Shown piece after piece: positions 22,070 through 34,592 of a stretch of DNA of 64,000 bases. Position 1 is the first letter of the stretch, and each line of letters begins with the position of its first letter. Both the position numbers and the translations under genes were made by a program. The notes beneath the pieces were generated by a model. The model was given only the letters and a program-made list of their open reading frames with translations, searched no databases and was not told the origin of the DNA. The DNA comes from a virus (lineage: Duplodnaviria > Caudoviricetes), in the IMG/VR virus record IMGVR_UViG_3300010352_001543. One strand, 5' to 3'.

Positions 22070-23164
22070 CTAATCCTTATTAATTTTTAAATCATATACT
22101 TGGCTAAGTATTTTTACCTTTGCTCTTCCAAGACCCCTGATATTATTTATTGTAGGACAAGCTACATAAACGACGCCTTCTGCAGGATGATCATTAGGAT
22201 ATTTTAATTCATTAGATATTTTCAAACCTTCTTCTAATGAAGGCAGTTTATCAATAAATAATCGAGGAACAGTTTCTATATCACACATCCAAAGAAATCT
22301 TATGAATTTATCATAGTCAATAAAACCTACATATTTTTCTGAAACTATATAAATATCAAATGCGTAAAATTTCTTTTCTGTTAAACCCATTCTATTTTTT
22401 TGGATACCTGGACCACAAATTTCACCCTGTAGAACCAATTTTTCAATTTTTCCATAATCATCTAAAATGCCATTAATAGATTCATATAACATATTTGTAG
22501 TGCAGTATTTGAAATTTACCAACATCCTACCAAAAATATTGTACTTCTTTTCGACTTCATGATAAAATGATGTTTCATTTTTAGTAATATCAAGATTTCT
22601 ACTACATATAATTCGTTGATTTTCTTCATCTTCTAAAAAATCAATCATGTAACTGGCTGATGTACCATCCATTTTCATTGTGGCATACCATTTCATATCT
22701 TTCAAAGGTTCTAAAATTCTAATAACATTTTGGTATCTTTCAGCATCTGATTTTTCTGCCCAAGCCGGCCAATTTTTTCCACCACGAGGACTATTCATCT
22801 GACCCTCTTCTGGAGGTTCATATTTTATTATACCAAAATGATCAGCATAATCCTCACCAACTTCAGCATTTTCAGGAGCATCAACTATTAAACCTTGGCT
22901 GAAAATTTGACGTAATTTAATTGTTTTGATTCTCGCCATACCATTTAATCGAGCATCTTTTACTAAAAATTCAAACTCTGGACGATTAACTGGAACTAAA
23001 GAATCAACTGGAACATAAACTACTTTTTCACCTATACTGCGTTTTCCTAATTTATCTATACAAGTCCAACCTATTTCATTGAACGTAATAATATCTAATG
23101 AATCTGCATTTGGGTGTTTTTCTACTGTTTGTACTGTTACACAAGGCACACTAAATATACTCAT
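22070..23164 (-). CDS. RNA ligase, DRB0094/Rnl2-like with N-terminal OB fold
   Basis: HPNADSL, KMDGTS, QGEICGPGIQKN, FDI, EGVV. Confidence 0.85.
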   Translation of the reverse strand: MSIFSVPCVTVQTVEKHPNADSLDIITFNEIGWTCIDKLGKRSIGEKVVYVPVDSLVPVNRPEFEFLVKDARLNGMARIKTIKLRQIFSQGLIVDAPENAEVGEDYADHFGIIKYEPPEEGQMNSPRGGKNWPAWAEKSDAERYQNVIRILEPLKDMKWYATMKMDGTSASYMIDFLEDEENQRIICSRNLDITKNETSFYHEVEKKYNIFGRMLVNFKYCTTNMLYESINGILDDYGKIEKLVLQGEICGPGIQKNRMGLTEKKFYAFDIYIVSEKYVGFIDYDKFIRFLWMCDIETVPRLFIDKLPSLEEGLKISNELKYPNDHPAEGVVYVACPTINNIRGLGRAKVKILSQVYDLKINKD

Positions 23165-24069
23165 ATCTAATCCTTCTCAATTATAATCTTTCCATTTTTG
23201 ATTATGCTATCGACCATCCAGTCGTAACCCATAATTCCGTTTGATTTCTTTTTTATTTTAGTAGCTGTTGCGGAGTCACATTTTTTAACTTGTATGTTGG
23301 CTCCCCATCCATCATCCCAACGATAATAAAAATTTGCTTCTTCTTTACCATTAAGAACTCGATCAACTACTTTTTTCTCTACTTTTCTAAATACAAAGTG
23401 GAGATTTTTTGCTCCTGTCCAAACTCCATTCCAACTTCCGCAGTTAGGCATGGTGAGTTCAAAACTTAATATATTCATTTTTGTTATTCCTTAAACGTTG
23501 TATATAAATATAGACAAACTAAACAAACTTTTATTGTCTTTAAATTTGTATTTTCTGGCCATTGTAGTTAAATATTTGAATCATCGACTTGGCTATTTCA
23601 CTTCTACCAAAATCTTCAAAAGTGAAGTTGAAGAATAGATGACTCATTACTTTCAATTTTAGTTCTTTGGGTAGATCAAAAGGATTATCATATTCTAAGT
23701 ACCAAGTTGTTTGTTCATATGCATCATAAATCATATCTTTTAATTTTGTGCAGTGTTCAATATCTACACTATAGTTATGGCATGCTGGATTATTTTTACA
23801 TTCTTGTCTATGTGATTTTGTCATATTGTCCTTTGTTGTATTTCTTGAACAAAATCTTGTAATATATGTAACCGAACAGCTGATTTACTTCTGGTGTATC
23901 CGGATTGAGCCATAGAATCAAAACACGGCTGACAAATCCATCCGGAGGTCTTTTCACCGGTCCAATTGTCTATACACTCTATAAATTGACCATGTCCTCC
24001 ATCAGCGTGGTTCTTGCATGACGGAACTAAACATTTCATTTTTTCTCTCATGTCTTTCTCTCTTAATAA

Positions 24070-25338
24070 TTATAACATATATTTATTATTTTCTTCTTCT
24101 ATTTCGTCTGTTTCATGTCGTAATACTTCAAATGTATTTTTAAATGAGTAGATATCAGACAATGTAATTTGTTTAGTAACTGGCATATCAATTCCTAAAA
24201 CATCTATTAATTTTTTAGCTCTATCTACAGGAATTTTTGAAAATTCTTTCTTTGATAACAACCTACCACTTCTTAATAAGGCTGAATCTAATTTATGTTC
24301 AGTATTAAAGGTAGCAATTACTTGAAATCCTAACATATCATTTAAAATACCATCACTGAGATTTAAAATGTTAGATACACCATCACCCCCACCGTTGTCC
24401 CTACTATGCAGTAATGGTTCTGCATCTTCTATAATTGATATTAAATTCTTTTTGTCATCTTCTTGAGCATAATCCATAATAAAAGTAATGAAATCTGGTC
24501 TCATGATATTTACAACCATATCGGCAGAAACATATAAAAACCTTTTATCGTCTTGAGATAGATCTTTAATTAAATTTTTAATGCAGTAAGTTTTTCCGGT
24601 TCCTGGAAAACCATGAAAAATAACTAATCCTTTTGTGTTATTTTTTATTAAGTTTTTCAGATCCTTATAATATTGCTCAAATCCATTACCGTAATGTAAG
24701 TCTAAATTAGTAAAAGGTCCTATATTTTTCATTATATTAAAATTTCTTACTATAAATCCTATATTATTTGCTGTAACAATACCAACATCGGCGGTAACTG
24801 TATTTTTGACTTCTCTATGTTTTTTATAAATATTTTTAATATTTTCTACTTCATCATTTAATGAAACATCATATACTACACAAGAAAAACAGGTTTCTGG
24901 TTCTTTTGTTTTATATAAATAATATTCGATATCAATATACAATTTTTCTTTTAATTCAAAAGAAATGAAATAGGTTCGTTCAATATTTCCTTCTGAACTT
25001 CGATTAAAAATACATTTAATATCAGGATAATTGATTTTTAAATCTTGTATGATGGTTATTAAATTATAATGCCAATGAAAATTATATTCGAAAGGAAATT
25101 GTTTGTGTTCTCTTATAAAATAATACGTAGACGAGAACATTGGATGGTTGTAATTACCACCATCATTTCCTTCATACCTTGGAATTTGTTTATAGTTAAC
25201 CATTTTTTGTGGAATGGTTGATATTAATTCTTCCAATTCTTCTTTTCTTAATATTTTCTGACCTATACTTTTTTCTTTTGGTTTTAATCTTTCTGCCATA
25301 TCTTTCCTTAGAAATCTCCGTATTGTACTTGTAAACAT
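24070..25338 (-). CDS. AAA+ ATPase
   Basis: HGFPGTGKT, IIEDAE, DSALLRSGRL. Confidence 0.85.
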   Translation of the reverse strand: MFTSTIRRFLRKDMAERLKPKEKSIGQKILRKEELEELISTIPQKMVNYKQIPRYEGNDGGNYNHPMFSSTYYFIREHKQFPFEYNFHWHYNLITIIQDLKINYPDIKCIFNRSSEGNIERTYFISFELKEKLYIDIEYYLYKTKEPETCFSCVVYDVSLNDEVENIKNIYKKHREVKNTVTADVGIVTANNIGFIVRNFNIMKNIGPFTNLDLHYGNGFEQYYKDLKNLIKNNTKGLVIFHGFPGTGKTYCIKNLIKDLSQDDKRFLYVSADMVVNIMRPDFITFIMDYAQEDDKKNLISIIEDAEPLLHSRDNGGGDGVSNILNLSDGILNDMLGFQVIATFNTEHKLDSALLRSGRLLSKKEFSKIPVDRAKKLIDVLGIDMPVTKQITLSDIYSFKNTFEVLRHETDEIEEENNKYML

Positions 25339-26291
25339 AAATAACCAGCATCACGCCACATTTTGACTACTGAATTCCGGTCATCAAGAATAAAATCAAT
25401 ATAGCTTTGTTTTCTAACTTGCTCAAATAATTCCATTTTGACTATTGAATCTTTCCTTCGATCATTCTTTGGACGCATAAACAGTTGTAGATTTTTCATT
25501 AACATGTTTGCTCTTAACATTCTATATTTTTCATCTTGAGCTGTATAATCAGGAAAAACTCGTTTCACATTTTCTAAATTAAACATTTTTTGTATTATCC
25601 ACCTTTCCGTTTCACTTCTACAAACCTCATCTCTTCCGGACATAAAAATGATTTGGTGTGTTGCTGCATACCTTATGACTATATCAACTACTGGTTGATT
25701 TATATCATCATTATAAACTTTACACCAATCAAATGGTCCTCTATCTTTTCTTATAGCAACCGTTCCATCAATATCAACTATGATCGTTTTTGGCATATCC
25801 GGGTCCTGCCATACATAAGGTGTAATAAATGTATCTTTATTCAATGTATCTGCAATTTCCTGTTGAGTTTTCTTTTCAATATACTTGGTGTACATTGATG
25901 TTATAACACTTTCCGGAACTTTCTTTTCTCTTAGAGAATTTCGCTTTAGTGCTTCATCCAGTGATACCTCAAAAAACTTAACTTCTATTACCAATTGTCC
26001 TGCTTCGATCAAGTCCCGGACAAGACCATAAATATGATGATAGTGTTTGTCTTCAAAATTAGTATCATCAACAATGACGCTCAGTCCTTCAGACAACGCT
26101 TTTAAAATTATTTGATCTCTAATTTCAATGATCATTTTTTCATTCTGTTTTGAAAATTTACTGGCATGGCACATTGCCCGGAGTTCATCTTTATTGGTTC
26201 TGATCCAACCCGGATTGTTTTTCAAGAATTCTAACGCCCATGTGGTCTTTCCACTTGCTGGGAGACCCTGTAGTATAGTTATTTTTTGCAA
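25308..26291 (-). CDS. pseT: polynucleotide 5'-kinase/3'-phosphatase
   Basis: GLPASGKTT kinase plus DIDGT, SGR, DDR HAD phosphatase. Confidence 0.9.
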   Translation of the reverse strand: MQKITILQGLPASGKTTWALEFLKNNPGWIRTNKDELRAMCHASKFSKQNEKMIIEIRDQIILKALSEGLSVIVDDTNFEDKHYHHIYGLVRDLIEAGQLVIEVKFFEVSLDEALKRNSLREKKVPESVITSMYTKYIEKKTQQEIADTLNKDTFITPYVWQDPDMPKTIIVDIDGTVAIRKDRGPFDWCKVYNDDINQPVVDIVIRYAATHQIIFMSGRDEVCRSETERWIIQKMFNLENVKRVFPDYTAQDEKYRMLRANMLMKNLQLFMRPKNDRRKDSIVKMELFEQVRKQSYIDFILDDRNSVVKMWRDAGYLCLQVQYGDF

Positions 26292-26293
26292 TT

Positions 26294-27858
26294 TTATTCT
26301 CCATCTAATTTATAGTCGTTGGTTATCGTTCCAAAAGGAACTTCTATAATATATTTAATTTTGTCATGAATCCAATGGGAGTCATCAAAAAATCTATCAT
26401 AATCAAAAAATCTGTTATGTTCCGTGTTTTTATAAGTCATTCCTTTTGTGACTATTCTTGGTGTTGTTTTAGTATATACAACTGTAGCCTCAGAGCATTT
26501 TATCTTTTTTAAGGTAAATCCATTATGTGTTTTAACATACATTACATAATACATTTCTTCACCGATGACACCACTTGCGAAAAATAATCCGGACCGAAAA
26601 CTACCTTCTACTTGAGAATTATCTTTTAGTAGTTCTATATTTTCATAGTTATAAGCTGTTTTAATGTCCGGTGGAATATTCATACATATGATACCATAAG
26701 TAACGATACCAATTAAAAATCCAAATGCACTCATAACAAATTTAGCGAATAATAAGTAAAGAATATTTTCTTTTTTTAATACTATATCATTGGTTCGATA
26801 CTCATAAATTAAAGTGGAAACTATTGCTATTATAACGGCACTGGCTATACAAATTAATGGTAATGTCATTTTAAATTATCCAATGGTAAAACAATTTTCA
26901 TTTTTAAAAACATCTGATTCTCCATTATCCAGCAGCCACAAAATTTATTATAAGTTGTGTTAGCAATTTCTCTCCATTGCTTGATGAAATATCCTTTGTT
27001 CCCTTTTCTATAATATATTCTTACCTTATCGTCTTTTCTTAGCTGTAATGAACGAATATAGTCCTTTCCGTTCAAAGCTATTCTATATTTATATTCATCT
27101 GTTACCAATAAACAAGGCGTTCCTTTAGAAGGAACTTCGGCTAACTCATATTTATCGTAATGGTAAGTATAGTCCGGTTTTACAAACAAGAACATAACAA
27201 AAAAATATAATATTGCGCCACAAAGAGCACCTGTTAATGCAGCGAACCCAAAAGTATCATCTGCTATATAAGATATTAAACCGAATATAACGGCAACTCC
27301 AATAATTAAAATCCATACTAACATTTCTTAGTCTCCTGCTATCATAAAAATAACTAATATCCATATAATCCATAGTAATAACAATTCCATTTATTTACTC
27401 TCCTTTGGTAAAACAATAATATATTTTTCATACTTTGGTTCGAATCCACATTTAAAAATCATGTTCCTGGTAGTTTTCGGATACTCTATCCAATATTTTA
27501 TTAGTAGATATTTAGCGCCTGAAATTTTGAAATTTGTTTCTGACTTATCGATATATCTTATCGTTTCAAAATCATTTTTAACTATCAGAACTTTGTATAG
27601 GCCTTCGTTCAGTCCATCACCATTTCCAAAATATTGATCATTCCCTTCAATGTCTTTCATCTTCATCAGCTCATATTTTACTGATCTTTTTACAGTATCT
27701 TTATCAGCAGCAAGACTTATCATTATTCCTATTACCGTTCCTACAGTAAATCCGAAAACAACGCCACTTAAAACAGCCATTCCAAAATCATCAGTAAGTT
27801 TAAGCGTTATAAGCAAAGCTGCTATAAAAATTATAAAAATACAAATCCAAATAAACAT
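26294..27858 (-). CDS. three tandem paralogous 2-TM membrane proteins (26294..26869, 26866..27324, 27391..27858)
   Basis: same layout: two N-terminal TM helices, soluble domain, I.LP/VP end. Confidence 0.55.
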
Positions 27859-28231
27859 ACATTACTCACATACAAATTTAATTGTTGATTTATTATTTTC
27901 TTCATTTAAAAGTCGATTGATAATTCGAGCATTATGTTCGAACTGCGATGAATAAACCGATCTATTAGAATTTATATCTACTACATGATACTCGCTACAT
28001 ATATCTATAACGTGTTGTTTCCTAACATCAAAACGGTCTGGATTTATTTTTTCTAAAAAATATACAATAAAATCTTCTTTTACTTCTACTATTTCTTTTT
28101 CCAGTGTACTCCAAAACGTGTCTATTGTCATTTTTATTTTTATGTTAGTATCACTAGGTACTGCTTTGAATGGAAGTCCTATTTTCAAAGCACTGAAATT
28201 TACCTGACCTATTGTTATAAATTTATCCATC

Positions 28232-28525
28232 TTATACTCCGGTCGAGGCAAATCGTGGAACAAAACCATTTATAAATGTTGCAGTTTCCCGGTTGATATT
28301 ATTCTGAATACCCGATATATCATGTACGAAATTAAAATCATCAGCTACCAACAATTCATCCAATTTCAAATCAAATTCAAGATATGCCAACGCTATATCC
28401 ATCATTAATGATAGTACTGAAGTGTGTTGTATTTGTAAACTTTCTGCTCTGCTGGCAATTTCTGAAATTATTTGTAATTTTGGTTTAATTTTTTCTGTAT
28501 TTTCATATTCTGTTAATTTACTCAT
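28232..28525 (-). CDS. DUF6874-like protein
   Basis: LMMDI...LDELL.ADDFNF.HDI.GI...R.T..F...F.PRFA. Confidence 0.6.
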   Translation of the reverse strand: MSKLTEYENTEKIKPKLQIISEIASRAESLQIQHTSVLSLMMDIALAYLEFDLKLDELLVADDFNFVHDISGIQNNINRETATFINGFVPRFASTGV

Positions 28526-28536
28526 TTCTAATTTTC

Positions 28537-28971
28537 CTATCGTCTGATAAAAACATGTTCTAAAATGTCACAATGAAACGTTTCTTTATATAAAATAGCA
28601 TTAGTATCAAACCAAAGGCATTGTAAATTTTCATTAAAAAATTCATCATCCGAATCTGATTGAATACGAGACACTGTCATTTTTGGTCCTGGTATTCCTT
28701 TGACTTGAACAACATCACCAAGTTTATCGCACATATGAACACCGCCTTTGTAATTACCACGTTGGATAATTGCTTCAGGATCATCTTTTTCTGTACAAAA
28801 TGTCCAGCCGTATTTCAATAATCTGTTACCATGTTGGAAGCATCCATCATAAACCATGATACACATATCGTCGATAATTAATCTACCATTTCCGTAGTAG
28901 TCAACAAGAATGATAACTTTTTTATCATTTATCGTTTTTTTAACTGCCCAAGACAAATCTGCCATTTTCAT
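28537..28971 (-). CDS. hypothetical protein with C-terminal YodC/DUF2158-like domain
   Basis: GDVVQVK..GPKMTV...CLWFD. Confidence 0.55.
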   Translation of the reverse strand: MKMADLSWAVKKTINDKKVIILVDYYGNGRLIIDDMCIMVYDGCFQHGNRLLKYGWTFCTEKDDPEAIIQRGNYKGGVHMCDKLGDVVQVKGIPGPKMTVSRIQSDSDDEFFNENLQCLWFDTNAILYKETFHCDILEHVFIRR

Positions 28972-29009
28972 ATTTCCTAAAATTATTAGTTTTGTTTTTA
29001 AATATGATA

Positions 29010-29039
29010 TATAGACGTAGCAAATTAATTTTTAGTGTA
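29010..29039 (-). promoter_or_regulatory. promoter TACACT-N16-CGTC
   Basis: motif variant. Confidence 0.7.
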
Positions 29040-29505
29040 TAACTCTTGCTTAATTTTTTCACAAACTTCTTGAAGTGTTCCTATTGTTCCGAGAAGAGTT
29101 CCGTACTCTAAACTCCAGGGTATGTTCGGATCACTTGAAGGTCCTGATATGCCCGGATGGCCGCAAAGTTTGTCATTGTTATCTGCCACCATAAACCAAA
29201 GAGAAGTCGCTTCTCTTTGTATTGCATCAATTCTTTCTTTTCTATTTATCCGTTCCATTTTTTATCTTCCCAATAATAATGATATCCGTCATACCCTACC
29301 TTCTTCCAATCATCATAAAGATTCATTGTAGATAATTTTCTTTTTGATAATTCTTGAATGACACTGGCTAAACAAAGCCATCTTGTTTCACCTTCTAAAC
29401 ACAGAGGAAATAACAAGAATTTTTTCTTTATTCTTATTCGTTTAGTTAATTTCGGTAGTTCATAGTATAAATTTCTTAATTTATTTTGCTTTGTTATCCA
29501 TTTCA

Positions 29506-29820
29506 TTACTCATCCTCATCATAGTCATCATCTTCGTAATCATCTCCATTATAAGCAAAAGGATCTACACATGCTTCTTCTTCACCATCCCAACCAACAA
29601 ATTTCCAGCGATAGTGTCGATGATCACTGGCCGTTGGAACGCGATCACTATGATAACTTTTTATTTCATACTTAGCTGTCACAACAGTTAGCTACTTAAT
29701 CTTACCATTTACCTTTGTTGGAAACAGCAAGAAGTGTCTTCTTAGTTTAGTTATTTCACTTGGAGTTATGTGCGAGATATATTGACATCTCAATTTCTCT
29801 TGTCTACTAATCCATTCCAT
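29506..29820 (-). pseudogene. paralog of 29246..29506 with in-frame TAG at 29692-29694
   Basis: MEWISRQEKLR...FLLFP...IK*LTVV aligns with MKWITKQNKLR...FLLFP...TRWLCL. Confidence 0.7.
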
Positions 29821-30098
29821 TTTTTAATTCCCATTAAATTCTTGTTCAGTCATTCGTATTAATTTATTGTCAATTCCTGAAATGCCCAGAAAGTAACTAT
29901 TCCATCCATCCATTAAATACCATTCTGTTATATCTTCATCGAATACATCATTATGAGCAAATAATAATTCACTGCCTCTCTTATCTACTTGCCTTTTATC
30001 GATATAGTAATCATGGTAACTTATCGATTCTATTCTTTCAAATTGGTTCATGTCTAAACCATTTGAATATTTTGATAGGTCTATCATTTCTATTTCCT

Positions 30099-31169
30099 TT
30101 ATTCTGCATCTAAATTACGTTGATGAAATGGTTTTTCTGCTTTCGGTTTAATTAATTTCCAAATAAGCGATCTGTATTCATGGCCATCCATCATCTTAAA
30201 AATAATGCTACTAAATTCTTTGTGGTATTTCATAATATAAAGTGCCTTCTCTTTTCTTGTAGAGTCAGGCCAATCTGAAATATCCCAAAATATTTTGTTA
30301 GTAAATAACTCTATTCGTTTATACTTGTCGTTTAAATCTTTTATAACTTTCTTTACCCAATCGTAAAATTCATCCGGAACATTTTCAAGAATATAATCAA
30401 TCGATTCATTGTTGGACAACAACTCCCAAATACGACGTTCATTTATTCCGCACATCAATTTATGTAGCCGGCAGTACTCAGCATATTTTATCTTCATCCT
30501 GAACCCATTAAGAAATTTAACTACATAACCTTCAGCGTTTGTTCCATCTACTTTATCTCTAATTGTTTTATAATCACAATCATGATAAACTATCGGTCGT
30601 ATGAATGATAAGTTTCTTACGTCTTGACAATCTTTACCTGTTTCTGGATCTATAATTGTCAGTAATACCAATTCCTCTTTATCCCTGTAGTCACACACTA
30701 TCCTATTTTCCGGAAAAAGAATTTCGAAAATGTAGCTCTTTGACGGGTCCATCTTAAATAAATTATGAACATATTTTTCGAAGAGAAGACTTTCTGCTTT
30801 CTTTGCTTGATCAGAATTAAAAGATCCACGTGTAGCTGTACACCATTGCATTTTCCAATAAAATGCGATGATCATCGAACCATCGATTTTGTCTGATATT
30901 TCATACGGTAAATTTGGAATGTCTTTTCCTTTGTTTACTAATTCTTCATAGTTAAAGAATTTATCAAATGAGCGGGCAACTATATTATAATCTTTGTCTA
31001 AAATTAAACCACGACACATCATTGTCATCTCATCCCAATTTTGTTCGTATTGAGTTTGATTGGTATAGTTATAGATAAACAAATCACCTGTTTCATTTGT
31101 CTGAAAACGAATATAACCATCCTTGATGTGTTTGTTTAATTTTTCTATTTGATTAGGATTTAGTTTCAT
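30099..31169 (-). CDS. rnlA: T4 Rnl1-like RNA ligase
   Basis: CRGLILD...RSFDKFFN, KIDGS, TRGSF, EGYVV, KIK. Confidence 0.85.
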   Translation of the reverse strand: MKLNPNQIEKLNKHIKDGYIRFQTNETGDLFIYNYTNQTQYEQNWDEMTMMCRGLILDKDYNIVARSFDKFFNYEELVNKGKDIPNLPYEISDKIDGSMIIAFYWKMQWCTATRGSFNSDQAKKAESLLFEKYVHNLFKMDPSKSYIFEILFPENRIVCDYRDKEELVLLTIIDPETGKDCQDVRNLSFIRPIVYHDCDYKTIRDKVDGTNAEGYVVKFLNGFRMKIKYAEYCRLHKLMCGINERRIWELLSNNESIDYILENVPDEFYDWVKKVIKDLNDKYKRIELFTNKIFWDISDWPDSTRKEKALYIMKYHKEFSSIIFKMMDGHEYRSLIWKLIKPKAEKPFHQRNLDAE

Positions 31170-32306
31170 TTATGTTCATCCATTTAAAATCATTATCTGT
31201 GCTTGATATAGTTATTGTAGTTTCCCACTCAAGAGGTTTTCTGCCGGATGGTCCTTGATCACCGGTTGGTCCTGTTAGCGGTCCATCTATACCAGGAACT
31301 ATTTCAATTTCAAACGGAATTCTCGGAAGTCCAAGAGAAGGACATCTAACAACCGGTATTTCTTCTTCCGGTGGAAGAACTTCAAATATTTCAATTCTTC
31401 CATTTCTGATGTTCATGAATAAAATTAAAGATTCTTTTCCATTTTCATCTTTAACAAAAAATGATTTATCAAATACTTTAACAACTGTATAGACTTGAGC
31501 ATTTCTGAATGGTGTTCCTAATTGCCAAGGGTCATTCATATAAGTTATTACTGGATTACTCATAACCAATCTATTTCCCGGTTTAAGAGATTTAAGTATT
31601 TCTTCTATCAAGCTATTTTTTTCATGAATGAACAAATCTACTTTCTTTTGTAAATCAGCATTCTCCTTAATTAACAATCCATTTTCTTTTCTGAGATTTT
31701 CAATTTCTTTTTTCTTATTCATCTATACTATTTTCATCCAAATGATTGACAACATCAACAAGTTCTATATTGTTTTTTATAATATCTTCATAAGTAAAAA
31801 TTTCATTAAAATAGGTAGGAATTGTATTTATTTTTGTTCCGGAAAGAACATAAGTATCATTCGTTTTTAATTTTCTTAAGAAATCATTTTCGAAATATTC
31901 ATTTATGTATTTTACTTTCATAGAGTAATCATTTAGTGTAGTTACTCTACCTTCAAATGTGGACAAACTAGGAGGAATATACGGACCATTAAGTGTAGTT
32001 CTTCTAAAAACAATATATGAATGTAAAATAATTTCCGACCATAGTTCGTTTTGTTTTTTGATTCTTATTTCTTCTTTTAATTCATGGTCAATTAAAGTTT
32101 GTGATTTTGGTTTAATGCCCATTATAAGAGGGTACTTGTTATTGAGTAATACATAAAAAGTAACCGAATTATCATATCCATTATTGAGCCACAAAAAAGC
32201 TGAATCGTTCTTGCCGGATACATAATATTCTTCAACTCTATCGTCACTCATTTTTACCATTAGTGTATCACCAATTTTGATATCAGGAATCATTTCTTTG
32301 TTCTGC

Positions 32307-32609
32307 TTATTCATTTTCTTCTACCTTCTCGTAAGTTTGTTCAAAAATATCGGGTTTGCGAGGATAAAATTCTCCTTGAACACCTTTGATAATATAGTCT
32401 CCAAAATTTGCTTTCATGGTACCTTCAAGTGTTTTAATTTCCATTCCACCAGCATTATATACATTTAAGCAAAACTCAGTAAATTTTTCCTAAGTCATAT
32501 AGTCTAATGCTACATATTGACCCATGAACATCAAACATTCCCTTATAGTCAATTGACTAGAGTCTAGTCTAACTGCGTCGATTATTACAGGTTTCTTTCT
32601 GTATTTCAT
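32307..32609 (-). pseudogene. common phage protein (YRKKPV...TLEG...GDYIIKG...KPDIF..TY family) with in-frame TAG at 32490-32492
   Basis: manual translation shows family motifs on both sides of the stop. Confidence 0.75.
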
Positions 32610-33576
32610 TTTAAATTTTCCTTTTTATAATTAATAATTTCCATTGCTTTGTCCATCATATCACCTAAATTATATTCAGATGTATCAATTGCATCACCAT
32701 CATTGAAGATAGAAAATTCCACATGGTAACAATCAACCTCGTCCGAAAAGAAATCTTCATCGGACGTAGATACATTTTCAGTTAAACATTTAATAGCATT
32801 TTCAACATTCATTTTATGAACATCGGTTGAATTAGTAATATCAACAAAATGTTTTTTATCCCAAAAAATAGATGGGTTTGGAATATCTTCTATTTTCTTA
32901 TAAATTTGCCAAATATTTACGGTTGGCCGATAATCACCTTCTTCTTCCAATGGATATGTAATAAAATTACTACATTGGTAAGGAATGATTTGATTTATTT
33001 TTTCTTCGATTGTCATTTTTAAAATACCTTTTTGTTAATTTTCTTATATTGGATTAATCCAGTATATTTGTTGGAAAGGTTGCTCTAAATGTTTCAGTAC
33101 CATCATTATTCTGAATTCTTTCAAATGCTACTTCTGATTTTTCGAATTCTTTATCCATTTTTATTTTTCCTCAACTGAATCAAATTCTTCAGTCTCAATT
33201 AATTTATTAATTTTTTTCTGTTCATTTCTATTATACTCTTCAGCTCGACATCCATCACATGAGCAAAGGGTACTATGATTTTTCAATCCGTATGGAGTCC
33301 AGGGAGCTATACCTTTTGGTTCTGTATGTTTTCTATTGAATTCATCAACCATCCAAAGTTTCCAACGCTTCTTAAATTTTGCTTTCATTTTCGAAATCCG
33401 TTCTCTGTTTATCATTTTCGCTTCTCAATTTTTTCTTTCATAAATCGCTTATATGAGATTTTTATAGTTTTTCTGTAATTACTATCCATTGAACTATAAA
33501 AACATTGTTATAACAAATAAAAATTGTTTTATAACTATATCTGTATTCAATCACAAGATAGTTTTATGATATCCGA

Positions 33577-33606
33577 TATAGACGTATAAAAAATAAATTT
33601 ATTGTA
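33577..33606 (-). promoter_or_regulatory. promoter TACAAT-N16-CGTC
   Basis: motif copy. Confidence 0.7.
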
Positions 33607-33675
33607 TAAAAAAAGAAAAATTTCTTAAAAATAAATTCAAGAAATTTCAATTTTGTTGTTTCAGAAGAAAAGTGA

Positions 33676-34035
33676 CTAAATGTACTTTTTAATCATATTC
33701 AATAATTCATCCGGACTAAAAGGTTTAGAAATCCAATCTACACATCCAGCATCCAACGCCTGTTGTTTATCCTTAGCAAATGCAAATGCTGTTTGTGCAA
33801 TGACCGGGATTTCCGGCTTAATTTTTTTGATCTCATTGGTTGCTTTATATCCATCCATAACAGGCATTTTCATATCCATTAAAATAAGATCTATATTAGT
33901 GTCTTCACAAAGTTTCACAGCTTCAATTCCATCCCATGCCAAAAGAAGTTTATATTTTTCATATTTCAGAACTTCTTTAATGTACATAACATTAATGTAT
34001 TCGTCTTCTACAATAAGAATAGTTTTTTCTTCCAC
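33676..34035 (-). CDS. stand-alone response-regulator receiver (CheY-like)
   Basis: IVEDE, LMDMKMP, AQTA, ISKP. Confidence 0.9.
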   Translation of the reverse strand: MEEKTILIVEDEYINVMYIKEVLKYEKYKLLLAWDGIEAVKLCEDTNIDLILMDMKMPVMDGYKATNEIKKIKPEIPVIAQTAFAFAKDKQQALDAGCVDWISKPFSPDELLNMIKKYI

Positions 34036-34451
34036 TATCTTCTTTTCTTATTTTTATCGGCCAACCACTCTTCGAAAACTTCCATCATGAATTCAGTATA
34101 ACTTTTACCTTCTGACTTCTTGAATATTTTATTAGCAACGTCGTTATAAGGAAACACACCGAATATATTTTCAACTACATAATTACTGAATTTAGTTGAT
34201 TCATTATTGGTGAAGTATATCCAAGTGCCGAACATGTCATTTAAATGGACTTCTAATTCCATCCAATCATCCATGAAAGTTCCGGTTATTTTTGATATAG
34301 TGATTGGTGATACCGCTAAATTATATTTGTTAGCAAAGTGTTCTTCATACCGTTGCATGTCTTTTCTGACTTTTTCATCCTCTTGTTCATAGGAAACTGA
34401 AAACTGAGCTGTCTCATTCAGCTTTTGATAATCTTTAAATTTTGGTATCAT
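34035..34451 (-). CDS. CTS-leader protein, paralog of the N-terminal domain of 44676..45416
   Basis: MIPKFKDYQKLNE; GKSYTEFMMEVFEEW vs GKPCIEWGLDVYEDW. Confidence 0.5.
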   Translation of the reverse strand: MIPKFKDYQKLNETAQFSVSYEQEDEKVRKDMQRYEEHFANKYNLAVSPITISKITGTFMDDWMELEVHLNDMFGTWIYFTNNESTKFSNYVVENIFGVFPYNDVANKIFKKSEGKSYTEFMMEVFEEWLADKNKKRR

Positions 34452-34592
34452 TTTATTTTCTTTATTTTTGATATATATATTTGATTAAAAATATTATTGA
34501 AACGTCAATAATATTTTTATTGTAAGTCGATTCTGTAATTTTTTGTTTTAATATATACTTTATAAGGAAAACATAATTAGTATATCAGAAAA

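Noticed and set aside
34492-34513. Hairpin TATTATTGA-AACG-TCAATAATA as IS200/IS605 left end
   Set aside because: Absent at copy 2 and overlaps a promoter-motif variant.
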